Assembly: GCA_963812015.1 (NCBI GenBank)
Contig: CAWETI010000003.1
Span: forward strand, 1,472,001-1,536,000
Length of the DNA: 64,000 nt
Direction of reading: 5' to 3'
Source of the DNA: an uncultured delta proteobacterium
GTDB lineage: Bacteria; Desulfobacterota; Desulfobaccia; Desulfobaccales; 0-14-0-80-60-11
The notes below the pieces were generated by a model. It ran no database searches. It had not been told where the DNA came from and saw only the letters and a program-made list of their open reading frames with translations. Made by a program: the position numbers and the translations under genes. Within the stretch, counting starts at the first letter, position 1; every line of letters starts with the position of its first letter. Shown here in pieces: positions 1 through 8,410 of this stretch.

Positions 1-272
1 ATCTCCCCCCGCAGATAGCTGTAATACTCAGAGGGAATCCGGCCTCTTTCAAATTGTCTGAAAAAAGCCCGAAGCTCAAGGGTTTTATGGGCATGCTCTT
101 CCTTTTCGATCGACAGGGCCACATGAAATCTTGGACCACCATCCTGGTCGCGGCAGGCTGAGAACCCCTCACCCAATCCACCTGGCCCGGCGAAAAGATC
201 AATTATGGGAATCCGAATGGGTATCTGATGAGAGGGGTGGGATCCAGACTTTTTGTTGGAACCTGTTTCCAA
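1..272 (-). CDS. dcm: DNA (cytosine-5)-methyltransferase, N-terminal part (runs off window edge)
   Basis: Manual translation METGSNKK...IPIIDLFAGPGGLGEGFSAC...VALSIEKEEHAHKTL shows C5-MTase motifs I/II; TTG start at 272 after AAGGTGG; not in ORF track. Confidence 0.85.
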   Translation of the reverse strand, partial: METGSNKKSGSHPSHQIPIRIPIIDLFAGPGGLGEGFSACRDQDGGPRFHVALSIEKEEHAHKTLELRAFFRQFERGRIPSEYYSYLRGE

Positions 273-403
273 GTTAAGACCACCTTAATAACGCTGCTTG
301 GTCAATCAAACTCCACCTCGATGCGCAGGGCCTCCTCGACCTTGAGGAGGCTAGGATTTCATGGTCATGAAGGGGGAGGTCTAATGAGAAAATTTACCCG
401 AAA

Positions 404-598
404 TCAATCATCGTCGAACCTGAGGTAATTGATATCCCATAGTTCTTCGTCTATCTCTCCGCTCGACTTAACCCACTCTTCGGCTTCATCCCTGGAATGG
501 AACACTGCAATTTCTCCTTCGCCGGCTTCCTTTCGTGCAAGAACGCAAACCCCGTTTCGCAGGTCGATTTCGAATCCTACCACCCATTTTTCCGTCAT
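404..598 (-). CDS. Small acidic hypothetical protein
   Basis: 64 aa, GGGAG RBS, directly downstream of and co-oriented with the recombinase. Confidence 0.6.
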   Translation of the reverse strand: MTEKWVVGFEIDLRNGVCVLARKEAGEGEIAVFHSRDEAEEWVKSSGEIDEELWDINYLRFDDD

Positions 599-622
599 TG
601 TTTTCTCCCGAACTCGGTCGAG

Positions 623-1213
623 TCACCCATCGAAGGTCACTTTTTGTTGAATCCGCAAAGCCTCCTCGGCCGTTAAGGTACTGAGATACCTCATAGTCAT
701 AAAGGGTGAAGCATGCCCAAGGTGCAGTTGCAGGGCCCGGGGGTTGCCAGTTTGACGCAGGCGCTCGATAGCCCCGGAGTGCCGAAAGAGATGCGGATAA
801 ACCCGTTTGCTGATCCCGGCCCGTTCGGATATTTCCCTAATGATCTGCCAAGCCCGCTTGCGGTTGATCTTGAAGATCCGGTCCTCCAGACCCAATTTTC
901 GGTCAAAAGCGAAGCTCTTGAGGCGATGGGCCAGGCTGTCGGGACAGGCGACCAGGCGGGATTTGCCGCCCTTACCCAGGATATAGAGCACGGCGCCCCC
1001 CTCCTGAGTGCCGATGCGGCGGGGGGTCAGGCTTAAGGCCTCGGTGATGCGCACCCCGGTTTGGAAGAGGGTGAGGATCAGGAGCTCATCCCGGCTCTGG
1101 TTCCGCCCGTCGCAGGCGGCCGCCAGGCGGGCGACCTCCTCCCGGGTCAGGTAGGGGACGATGCTCAGGGCTTGGGGAACCAGAGCCTTGGAGATGAGAG
1201 AGCGACTATCCAT
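623..1213 (-). CDS. Tyrosine recombinase (essentially catalytic domain only)
   Basis: TGVRITE (R), GKGGK (K), HLFRH (HxxR), LGH, MRYL (Y); 196 aa, no N-terminal core-binding domain. Confidence 0.93.
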   Translation of the reverse strand: MDSRSLISKALVPQALSIVPYLTREEVARLAAACDGRNQSRDELLILTLFQTGVRITEALSLTPRRIGTQEGGAVLYILGKGGKSRLVACPDSLAHRLKSFAFDRKLGLEDRIFKINRKRAWQIIREISERAGISKRVYPHLFRHSGAIERLRQTGNPRALQLHLGHASPFMTMRYLSTLTAEEALRIQQKVTFDG

Positions 1214-1218
1214 GGAAA

Positions 1219-1349
1219 ATTGGACAAAATTGATTTTGGTCCAATCTTACTTCCGGTGAAGGGCAGAAGTCAAGGGAAAGCATGGCCTTTGGGAGGGCAG
1301 AGAAGCGGAAAGTTGGACAAAAGTGCTTCTTTTGTCTAATTGTCTAATT
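1219..1349. promoter_or_regulatory. Two palindromic TTGGACAAAA boxes, putative recombinase binding/recombination site
   Basis: ATTGGACAAAAT-tg-ATTTTGGTCCAAT (1219-1245) and TTGGACAAAAG-tgctt-CTTTTGTCTAA (1313-1339), plus extra half-site TTGTCTAA at 1340. Confidence 0.65.
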
Positions 1350-1410
1350 AACGATATGGAATCCATATCAAAATTGATTTGTAGCCCAAAGAAGATAAAA
1401 TAAATAGCAG
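1346..1410 (+). repeat. Recombinase-proximal partial copy of the island repeat (right-hand subsites)
   Basis: AATTaacGATATGGAATccATAT matches 8272-8294 at 18/23 positions; ATAGCAG lies 51 nt from GATATG (50 nt in the 8235 copy). Confidence 0.6.
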
Positions 1411-1437
1411 TACCTGACACTTTTGCTAAAACAAATT

Positions 1438-2523
1438 TTACTGTGAATTTATAAAAGGGTCTGTGATATTCAGAGGATGGAGGAACCGTTCTTTCAAAAT
1501 CCGACTCATCCCCTGGGCCACCATTTTTCGCCCCGCATCCTCCAGATGCATGCCATCGTCCTGATAAATTGGCTCGGTTCTGGGACACAAAATATTTTGA
1601 AAATCAACAAAATAAGGCTTGTTTTTTAGCCTGGAAACCAAGGCATTATTGACGATGGTAAAGTTATGGCGAAAAGCGAAATGCCGACCCACAATGCAGA
1701 AATCTTTTTCTTTCATCCTAACTTCCGATGCGACCTGACCCGTCTCAATCCACCAGGTAGGCTGCCAGAACAGGAGAAACCTTGCACCGCGATTGGCGGC
1801 GGTTTCGTTAACATAATCATAGCGCTTCTCGGCCAAATCCACAAACCTTTGCAGCTCGGGCGAGTCTGTCGCAATTGGCAGCACCCCTTGCTTAAGCTTC
1901 TCATAAAGTTCCATGGTGAAGGAGGCGTAAATAGCCGCATTCAGCGGTTTGAGCAAACCGAAGAAACTGCGCTGGTAGCTCTCAATCAACCCTTGCACCT
2001 TGGAATAGCCAAGATGGCCCCCTTCGGGTGTCCGAGTTTGGGCAAAATAGGTGCAATCGTTAGCGCCATCGTAGAAGATGATCATATCTGGGCGAGAGGA
2101 GTTCTCGACGAACACCTTTTGCAAATATTTCGTCTCCATCAGGGAATTAAAGCTTGGTTCCCCATAATTAGTGAGGAAGGCCGGGGTCAGTGGTTCTTCT
2201 TCATTGAGGATTTTAGCCAGATAGCTGGGAATAGTCTGGTCGTCATAATCGGTGGCCCCCGCCATGGTAGAACCTCCGAACATCCAAAGGCTCTTGACCT
2301 TCCCTTTTTCCGGGGCCGCGGGATTATGATGGGTGGGCCGAGGGTATCCGATGGTTTGGAAGAGGATGTATGGATCATAATGCACCCGCTCTCCATCCCT
2401 TAATTGGCCGTAGATCCAGTAATTGCTGGTGATAACGATCAAAAAGCTGAAAACTTCCACCAGGACCACAGTCATTATCAACAACTTGAAACCAACCGCC
2501 ACCCAATGGACTACTCGTTTCAT
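1438..2523 (-). CDS. SGNH/GDSL hydrolase-family membrane-anchored protein
   Basis: N-terminal TM helix, FGGSTMAG, YDGAND, DGMH motifs. Confidence 0.8.
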   Translation of the reverse strand: MKRVVHWVAVGFKLLIMTVVLVEVFSFLIVITSNYWIYGQLRDGERVHYDPYILFQTIGYPRPTHHNPAAPEKGKVKSLWMFGGSTMAGATDYDDQTIPSYLAKILNEEEPLTPAFLTNYGEPSFNSLMETKYLQKVFVENSSRPDMIIFYDGANDCTYFAQTRTPEGGHLGYSKVQGLIESYQRSFFGLLKPLNAAIYASFTMELYEKLKQGVLPIATDSPELQRFVDLAEKRYDYVNETAANRGARFLLFWQPTWWIETGQVASEVRMKEKDFCIVGRHFAFRHNFTIVNNALVSRLKNKPYFVDFQNILCPRTEPIYQDDGMHLEDAGRKMVAQGMSRILKERFLHPLNITDPFINSQ

Positions 2524-2767
2524 GGATCACTCGTGATTTAGAGATTATCCTCTATTATGTGGTAGGCTGAGTTGCCTTTCTGTTCCGAACGCGTGAATTC
2601 GCGGCAAACCAACAGAGCCCGCATAGCTTCAAAAGTCCTCTGATTGAATTAAGCCTACATTGCGGTTATACCTTGCAACCTTTATAATTAGGCATTTTGG
2701 TCTTGAGTAATCTAATAGTAATGAACCTGTATAAATTTTGCTAATCCTGTCAATAAGGCATATTTAA

Positions 2768-4036
2768 TCAAATAATACCGTATTCCCGCCCCATTTCTGC
2801 AAATATACCCAGAGCCCTGTCCATTTCTTCCTTGGTCAGCGAGTTCATGATGCTCACCCGTAACCTGCATTCTTTGCGTCGAACTGCAGGATACGTGACG
2901 AGATTAGTAAAAACACCTCGGTGACGAAGGTCATTGTGAAGATTTGCAAGCTTGCCTTCGTCCCCGATCATAATCGGTATGATGGCGGATTCCGTGTCGC
3001 CGGTGTCGAATCCAAGCCCTTTCAAGCCCGCCAGCATATATCGAATATTGTCCCATAATCTATCCCGCCCGGCAGCATCTTTCTTCATGAGTTTAAATAC
3101 TTCAATCAGGCCCGCCACGATAGGAGCGGGAGCGCTGGTGGAGAAGAAATAGGACCGTGCATAATAACGAAGATAGCGAATCAATGATGTGGTACCTGCA
3201 CAATAGCCTCCGATTGCGCCCGGTGCTTTGCTCAGGGTGCCAAAAATGATGTCCACCTGGCCCATGCAATTGAACTTCTCCGGAGTGCCTCTTCCCGTTG
3301 GGCCGACAACTCCCAAGGCATGAGCCTCATCGATCATGACTCGTGCATTGTAGCGCTGCGCCAACTCAACAATCTGATCAAGCGGAGCCACATCGCCATT
3401 CATGGAAAAGACACCGCATGTGACAATAAGACGGCCTTTCTGGGATTCGGGTAAATTCTTAAGAGTTTTTTCCAGATGGTCTATATTGCGGTGAAGAAAC
3501 ACCTTGATTTCAGCCCCTGACAACTTACACCCATCAAAAATCGAGGCGTGATTGGCGGCATCGGTCAGGACCACATCACCTGATCCACATAGAGCTGATA
3601 TAATGCCGACATTGCCTGAATACCCGCAGGGAAAGATCATGGCATCTTCGGCTGCATAGAACTCTGCTATGAGTCTTTCCAATTGCCGATGCAGGACGCT
3701 TGTCCCTGCAAGTAGAGGAGAAGCACCCATTCCAAACCCGTATTCGTCACACGCGGCTTTGCAAGCAGCAATTACTCTCGGATGCGTGGTCAACGACAGG
3801 TAGGAATTCGACGCCAACATAATTACTTCATGGTCATGGTTGTCTTTTTCCTTGATTCTTACCCGAGGCCCGGCAGGGGTGAGAATCTGAAGTCCCAGCC
3901 CATCCAGGTAGTTAGGGGTACTCTCCTGTAGGACAGCTTCCAATTCATATACTTTTTGGAAGATATCAGCCGTCCCATTTTTTGAAATAAAGTCCTCGAA
4001 CTGTTTCGGCTGATTCCCACCTTTCACAATGCTCAT
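2768..4036 (-). CDS. PLP-dependent alpha-oxoamine synthase (BioF/Kbl/serine palmitoyltransferase family)
   Basis: SNSYL, NHASIFDG, FSMNGD, DEAHALG, GTLSKA motifs. Confidence 0.9.
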   Translation of the reverse strand: MSIVKGGNQPKQFEDFISKNGTADIFQKVYELEAVLQESTPNYLDGLGLQILTPAGPRVRIKEKDNHDHEVIMLASNSYLSLTTHPRVIAACKAACDEYGFGMGASPLLAGTSVLHRQLERLIAEFYAAEDAMIFPCGYSGNVGIISALCGSGDVVLTDAANHASIFDGCKLSGAEIKVFLHRNIDHLEKTLKNLPESQKGRLIVTCGVFSMNGDVAPLDQIVELAQRYNARVMIDEAHALGVVGPTGRGTPEKFNCMGQVDIIFGTLSKAPGAIGGYCAGTTSLIRYLRYYARSYFFSTSAPAPIVAGLIEVFKLMKKDAAGRDRLWDNIRYMLAGLKGLGFDTGDTESAIIPIMIGDEGKLANLHNDLRHRGVFTNLVTYPAVRRKECRLRVSIMNSLTKEEMDRALGIFAEMGREYGII

Positions 4037-4214
4037 AAGCGTGATCCTTCGTGGTGGTTTGAAGCGGGTTGTTGGGTGGCGAAATACTTCCCCCTCCTAC
4101 CCAATATCATCCTTGTCTAACCAGACAGGCGGCAGCCTGAAGTTGGGAACCACCAAATAAGAGGAACATAACCTCCCGGTGACACCAATATTAAGCCACG
4201 ACCAAGAGCCTCCA

Positions 4215-4817
4215 TCAGTTCCGCTTCAATTCGGACACCTTGGTCCTGAGGCGCCGCACCAGTTCGGCGTAAGAAGACTCATGGATAATCCGGCTGAACT
4301 GGGAGCGGTAGTTGCTCACCAGGCTGACGCCCTCGATCACCACGTCGTAGACCTTCCAAGTCCCGCCCTCCTGGAGGAGGCGGTAGTTCAAGGGAATCCG
4401 GTCATTGGGTTTGACCACCATGGTGCGCACTTCGGCGCTATTGTCGGTGAGAACTTCGCCGGTGTAGTCAACTTTTACATGCTGGGTGTACTTCTCGATT
4501 TTATCGGCGTAGGAGGCCTCCAGAAGTTCTGCAAACAGGCGCACAAATTCCTCCCGCTGACCACCGCTGAGACTGTCCCAGGTGGCTCCAAGGGAACGCT
4601 TAGCCATTTCCGGGTAATCGAAGTGCGGGTCGACCATGTTCTTGAGCATCCAGCGCCTTTCCTGGGCTGGCTGGGCGGGATTTTGAAGAATCTTCAGGGC
4701 CTGTTCAATGACGTGCCTGACCGTATCGGTGGGAGGGCCGGCCCAGGCGACGGAGACGCCTACCACCAGCTGTATGATCAATCCGAACAATATGGTTCTT
4801 AACTGCAAACGCCTCAT
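4215..4817 (-). CDS. MlaC/Ttg2D/HpnM-family lipid-binding periplasmic protein
   Basis: Signal peptide; FDYPEMAKRSLG, WKVYDVVIEGVSLVSNYRSQF; start moved to ATG 4817 after AAGGAGG. Confidence 0.88.
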   Translation of the reverse strand: MRRLQLRTILFGLIIQLVVGVSVAWAGPPTDTVRHVIEQALKILQNPAQPAQERRWMLKNMVDPHFDYPEMAKRSLGATWDSLSGGQREEFVRLFAELLEASYADKIEKYTQHVKVDYTGEVLTDNSAEVRTMVVKPNDRIPLNYRLLQEGGTWKVYDVVIEGVSLVSNYRSQFSRIIHESSYAELVRRLRTKVSELKRN

Positions 4818-5042
4818 GGTGTCCTCCTTATACATTGCGGCCCGGGAATCTGCGCCGAGGGCCAAAATTTTGTCGGCCCTAAGCTCTGTTATTAGTTCTT
4901 AGTCTGTATACCAAATTTTATCCAAGATGCTGACCTGCCCCCAGTAGTTGTACCAAGTTTTAAGTTAGGATGGGGGTCAAGTCAAGCCAAAGATGGTTTG
5001 CCAAAGAGAAAGGGGGAAACTTGGGATCCAAAAGTTTCTAGA

Positions 5043-5159
5043 ACTTGCCAGGAGTTGTACTTATCGGTGGAGCGGGGGAAATTGCAAGATATGGTCTGGA
5101 TATGGGAGGTTTCTGGCCCGGTGACAACTGTTGGATCATAGCAGATAGTGAAAGTTCTA
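5043..5159 (+). repeat. Island repeat copy A
   Basis: ACTTGCCA-N7-TACTTATC...AAATTGCAAGATATG...GGATCATAGCAG; aligns with 8235 with one indel. Confidence 0.8.
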
Positions 5160-5857
5160 AAGCGGGTTTTCTGCTCCTACTTACACCACTTCCTGCTCAC
5201 CTCTCTTCCGGTACGACCCACCAGTCAAACTTAACATATGGATCGGTTTTTGGGGGCAGGTCAAAGAACGCTACAATCGCACCACGCTTTCCGATCAAAC
5301 AAGCACAAGATTTTTTTCCGCTGGTTGAGATCGTAGATCGGGGCAAATTTCAGATCATGGCGTAAGAAATTTTCCAGAGATTGGGTCAAGAGTTCTCCGT
5401 TTTTTTGGATAAAACGCAGTTCCGCCCCGACCCCACAGCCATGACGGCGGGCCTGCTCCAGTGTGGATTTGGTGGGGTCATACTCAGGTTCGGTCTTGCT
5501 CTGGTAATGGCACTGGCTCTGGCATCGAAAGTCGATCCGATGTTGGGGAGTAAGGCCGCTTTGGTCAATGAAGACATAGTAGACCACTTTATCCGGGCAG
5601 TCCTCCTCCAGATACAGGGTGTGCGAAGCAGGGCAAAATCAGGGTGGCCTCGATGCTGAACGGCCGGATAGGGGCTCCTAACCCAATTGCCCAAGGGGGA
5701 TGAGTTTCACTTTTCCGCACCGGCTCGATTCCACCATCAGGCCAGCGTGAGCAAACCGGCCGTCAGTTGCTTGACCTGTCCCTGAAGTTCCTCCGTTGGC
5801 TAATCACCTTCATAAGTGAACGCTTAGCCTTCCCGGTCCGCTTTATCCTCAAGAGTC

Positions 5858-6427
5858 TCACCCGCCGGGAGGCGGGACCACGCAGTAATTAAGGTCAGTA
5901 CCCTGATAGCAGGCCTGATAATAGTTGCTGCCGTCATAGTAGTAGGTCTGACCCCCATATACCTGGGGGGAGGCCCCGGAGGGCAAAGCCTCCAGAATTG
6001 TGCCAATCGCCAAAGCGGCGATAATCGCGGCGGCGAGTCCCCCTCCCCCGCCATACTCCGGACCATAATAGGGGGCCCAGGCCTCGCCATAACCTCCACC
6101 AGGATAGCCGCCACCGTAGGCTCCACGGGATCCTTTAACAGCCGCGCCGCCAGAGGGGCCTCGGACGGCCGTACCTCCCCGGGGTCCTCTCGCCACTGCG
6201 CCGCCCCGGGGGGCTGGCACTGCGCGGGGGGCCGGCGCCGGGCGGAAGCTGCCGCCGCTAAAACCGCCGCCATGAGGGGCGGCGGCGGCATGACCACCGC
6301 CCGCGGGATGCCCGCCTCCGCCGCCTCCCCCCTTTGGCCCAGCCGCCGAGCTCACAAAGGGCAAAGTCAATACTAACGCCACTGCGAAAAGGCTCCAAAT
6401 AGGAGACCTGAGTTTTCTCAGCTTCAT
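5858..6427 (-). CDS. Secreted Gly/Pro-rich protein (DUF6515/DUF3300-like C-terminus)
   Basis: Signal peptide, GPRGG repeats, C-terminal TYYYDGSNYYQ...YCVVPPP; overlaps the stop of the upstream gene. Confidence 0.7.
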   Translation of the reverse strand: MKLRKLRSPIWSLFAVALVLTLPFVSSAAGPKGGGGGGGHPAGGGHAAAAPHGGGFSGGSFRPAPAPRAVPAPRGGAVARGPRGGTAVRGPSGGAAVKGSRGAYGGGYPGGGYGEAWAPYYGPEYGGGGGLAAAIIAALAIGTILEALPSGASPQVYGGQTYYYDGSNYYQACYQGTDLNYCVVPPPGG

Positions 6428-7278
6428 GATTTGCCTCCTTCCTTTTTCATCCCTGGTTCCGGTTTCGGGGCCTGGCTGGGCGCAACCGGGACAAACTTGA
6501 TCTTTTCGGCCCCCGGAGGGGGAGTAAAGGCAAACAGGTTGGCATTAAGCTGGGGGGAGAAATTCCAGTCGCTGATGTACGCGGTCCATTGGGGAGAATC
6601 GGGCAATTTCTTATAGGTGATCACGATCTTTCGGAGGAGGGGTTGTTCCCCGGCATCGATCCACTGCTGGAACTGGACATTTTCCCCATCGAAGGACAGG
6701 TGGTGGCAGAGAACCCCGCGGATCCTGGACTTGCCCACATAAAGGGAGTGTTTGATGTGTTTTTCCATTAATTCCCAAAGATCAGGGCTGGCCAGGTCGC
6801 TCAAGGAAACCCGGAACCCAAATTCCTTATGGGCCTTTTCCAGGGCGCTTTCGAGATCGGGAGGGACCTCCAGGGTGCCGTAGACGTTATGGTCTTTGTC
6901 GTACAGGGTGATGGTCTTGCCGTCGATGTAGAACTGCTTGTCGACCCGGTCGCCCACGGCATTGACCCTGAGCTGGTCGGGCCGCTTCACAAAGAATTCC
7001 AGGCCAGTCTCATACTGAATTTTTTTGCTGCCGTAATACACCTCGTCGACGGCGACCTCGGCTTTGTAAGTAAATTGCTGTTGAGATTTAAGGAAATCGC
7101 ACATCTTTTGGGCAATTTGGAGGGGATCAGGTGCCGGTGCCGGCGCCGGCGCCTTTTCGGCCTGAGGGGCTGCCGGCGGTGGGGCCTGCGGCTTTTGCTG
7201 TTGCTCCTGGGACAGGGCGCTACCCGTCAGTGCCCAAAACGCCAAACAAACCAGTCCTGCCAAGATTCGTTTGCTCAT
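6424..7278 (-). CDS. DUF2092 family periplasmic protein (LolA-like fold)
   Basis: Signal peptide; VKRPDQLRV, CHHLSF, QWIDAGEQPL, FAFTPPPGAEKI. Confidence 0.85.
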   Translation of the reverse strand: MSKRILAGLVCLAFWALTGSALSQEQQQKPQAPPPAAPQAEKAPAPAPAPDPLQIAQKMCDFLKSQQQFTYKAEVAVDEVYYGSKKIQYETGLEFFVKRPDQLRVNAVGDRVDKQFYIDGKTITLYDKDHNVYGTLEVPPDLESALEKAHKEFGFRVSLSDLASPDLWELMEKHIKHSLYVGKSRIRGVLCHHLSFDGENVQFQQWIDAGEQPLLRKIVITYKKLPDSPQWTAYISDWNFSPQLNANLFAFTPPPGAEKIKFVPVAPSQAPKPEPGMKKEGGKS

Positions 7279-7535
7279 TCTGCCTCCTCGTTAATCGGCG
7301 ACCAAGTATTTATAGCCAGGAAAGAGGTTGTAGTTGCCAAGAGCGATACTCCTCGCCAATGGGAGAATTAAATTGCCGGGCCACCTCCTCCTTATTCCTG
7401 GGACGAGGTGGTACGTGAGCTAAAATTAGGTTGCAAAAATTTAAAGTCAAGTATTCAGGCTAGATCTGGCGTGACCTCGATGGAAAAATCCCGGGCCCGG
7501 GATCACGCTGGCACTCAGCCTTCCCCCCCAGGCCC

Positions 7536-8141
7536 TTAGGCCAAAAGCCTTTTCCGCATCAGGCAAACCCAGGCTTTAGGCGGGTTGGGGCGCTTGGATT
7601 CAAAATAGCTGGAAACGAGCGACAGGATTTCGAAGTGGGACTCCACAGAGTCAACAATGTCCCTGGCGGTCCGCTGGGGTGGACCCGGTCCCTGGCACTG
7701 TTCATCGGCGCTGCCAACCAGACTCAGCCACAGGCCATCTTTGATTAAATGGGCAGCCACATTTTCAGCAAAACTTTTCCGTTCTTCATCCGAGTTTAAG
7801 GTATGAAAACAGCCTCTATCAAAGGCAAAGCCAAATGGCGCCCCGGCAATTTTGCTGGTGAGGAAGTCAATCACCATAAACGTACATTGGACCTTAGCTT
7901 TTGCAGCTTTCTCTCTAGCCTTCTCTATGGCAATCTCTGAATTATCAATACCTATCACATAAAAGTCTTTTTGGGAAAGCCATATGGAATCATCGCCGGT
8001 TCCGCACCCGATATCCAATGCTTTACAGGGTGCCAGGGCCATGGCGCTCACGGTCTGAATAAGATTGAAATCGGGTCTGCCGATATCCCAGGGAGTATCG
8101 CCCGATTCATACCTTTTCTGAAAATTCTCTGCTGCCGTCAT
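7536..8141 (-). CDS. Class I SAM-dependent methyltransferase (TPMT/TehB-like)
   Basis: TPWDIGRP, ALDIGCGTG, FDRGCFH. Confidence 0.88.
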   Translation of the reverse strand: MTAAENFQKRYESGDTPWDIGRPDFNLIQTVSAMALAPCKALDIGCGTGDDSIWLSQKDFYVIGIDNSEIAIEKAREKAAKAKVQCTFMVIDFLTSKIAGAPFGFAFDRGCFHTLNSDEERKSFAENVAAHLIKDGLWLSLVGSADEQCQGPGPPQRTARDIVDSVESHFEILSLVSSYFESKRPNPPKAWVCLMRKRLLA

Positions 8142-8234
8142 GTTGTTTTTACCTCATACAGATTTCAGAACATGTTAAGAAGCTATCTGATAGAGGAGCC
8201 TTGGGTGAAAAGCGGCATTCAAAAATAGCAAGGT

Positions 8235-8351
8235 ACTTGCCAGGATCACCAATTATCGCTTAAGTGGGAAAAATTCCAGATATGGAATGAATATGGAAAG
8301 CTTATGGCTCAGTGATAAGTTTCGGATCATAGCAGCTAGTTGGAATTTCTA
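8235..8351 (+). repeat. Island repeat copy B
   Basis: ACTTGCCA-N7-CAATTATC...AAATTCCAGATATG...GGATCATAGCAG. Confidence 0.8.
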
Positions 8352-8410
8352 TTCTGAAAAAGATTCCCATAAGGCAGTACTAATTACTAAGAACTGAAAG
8401 GTAAAGGCCT

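Noticed and set aside
5639..5641. Selenocysteine read-through of TGA
   Set aside because: The same frame has a TAG shortly upstream, and no selenoprotein motif is recognisable.
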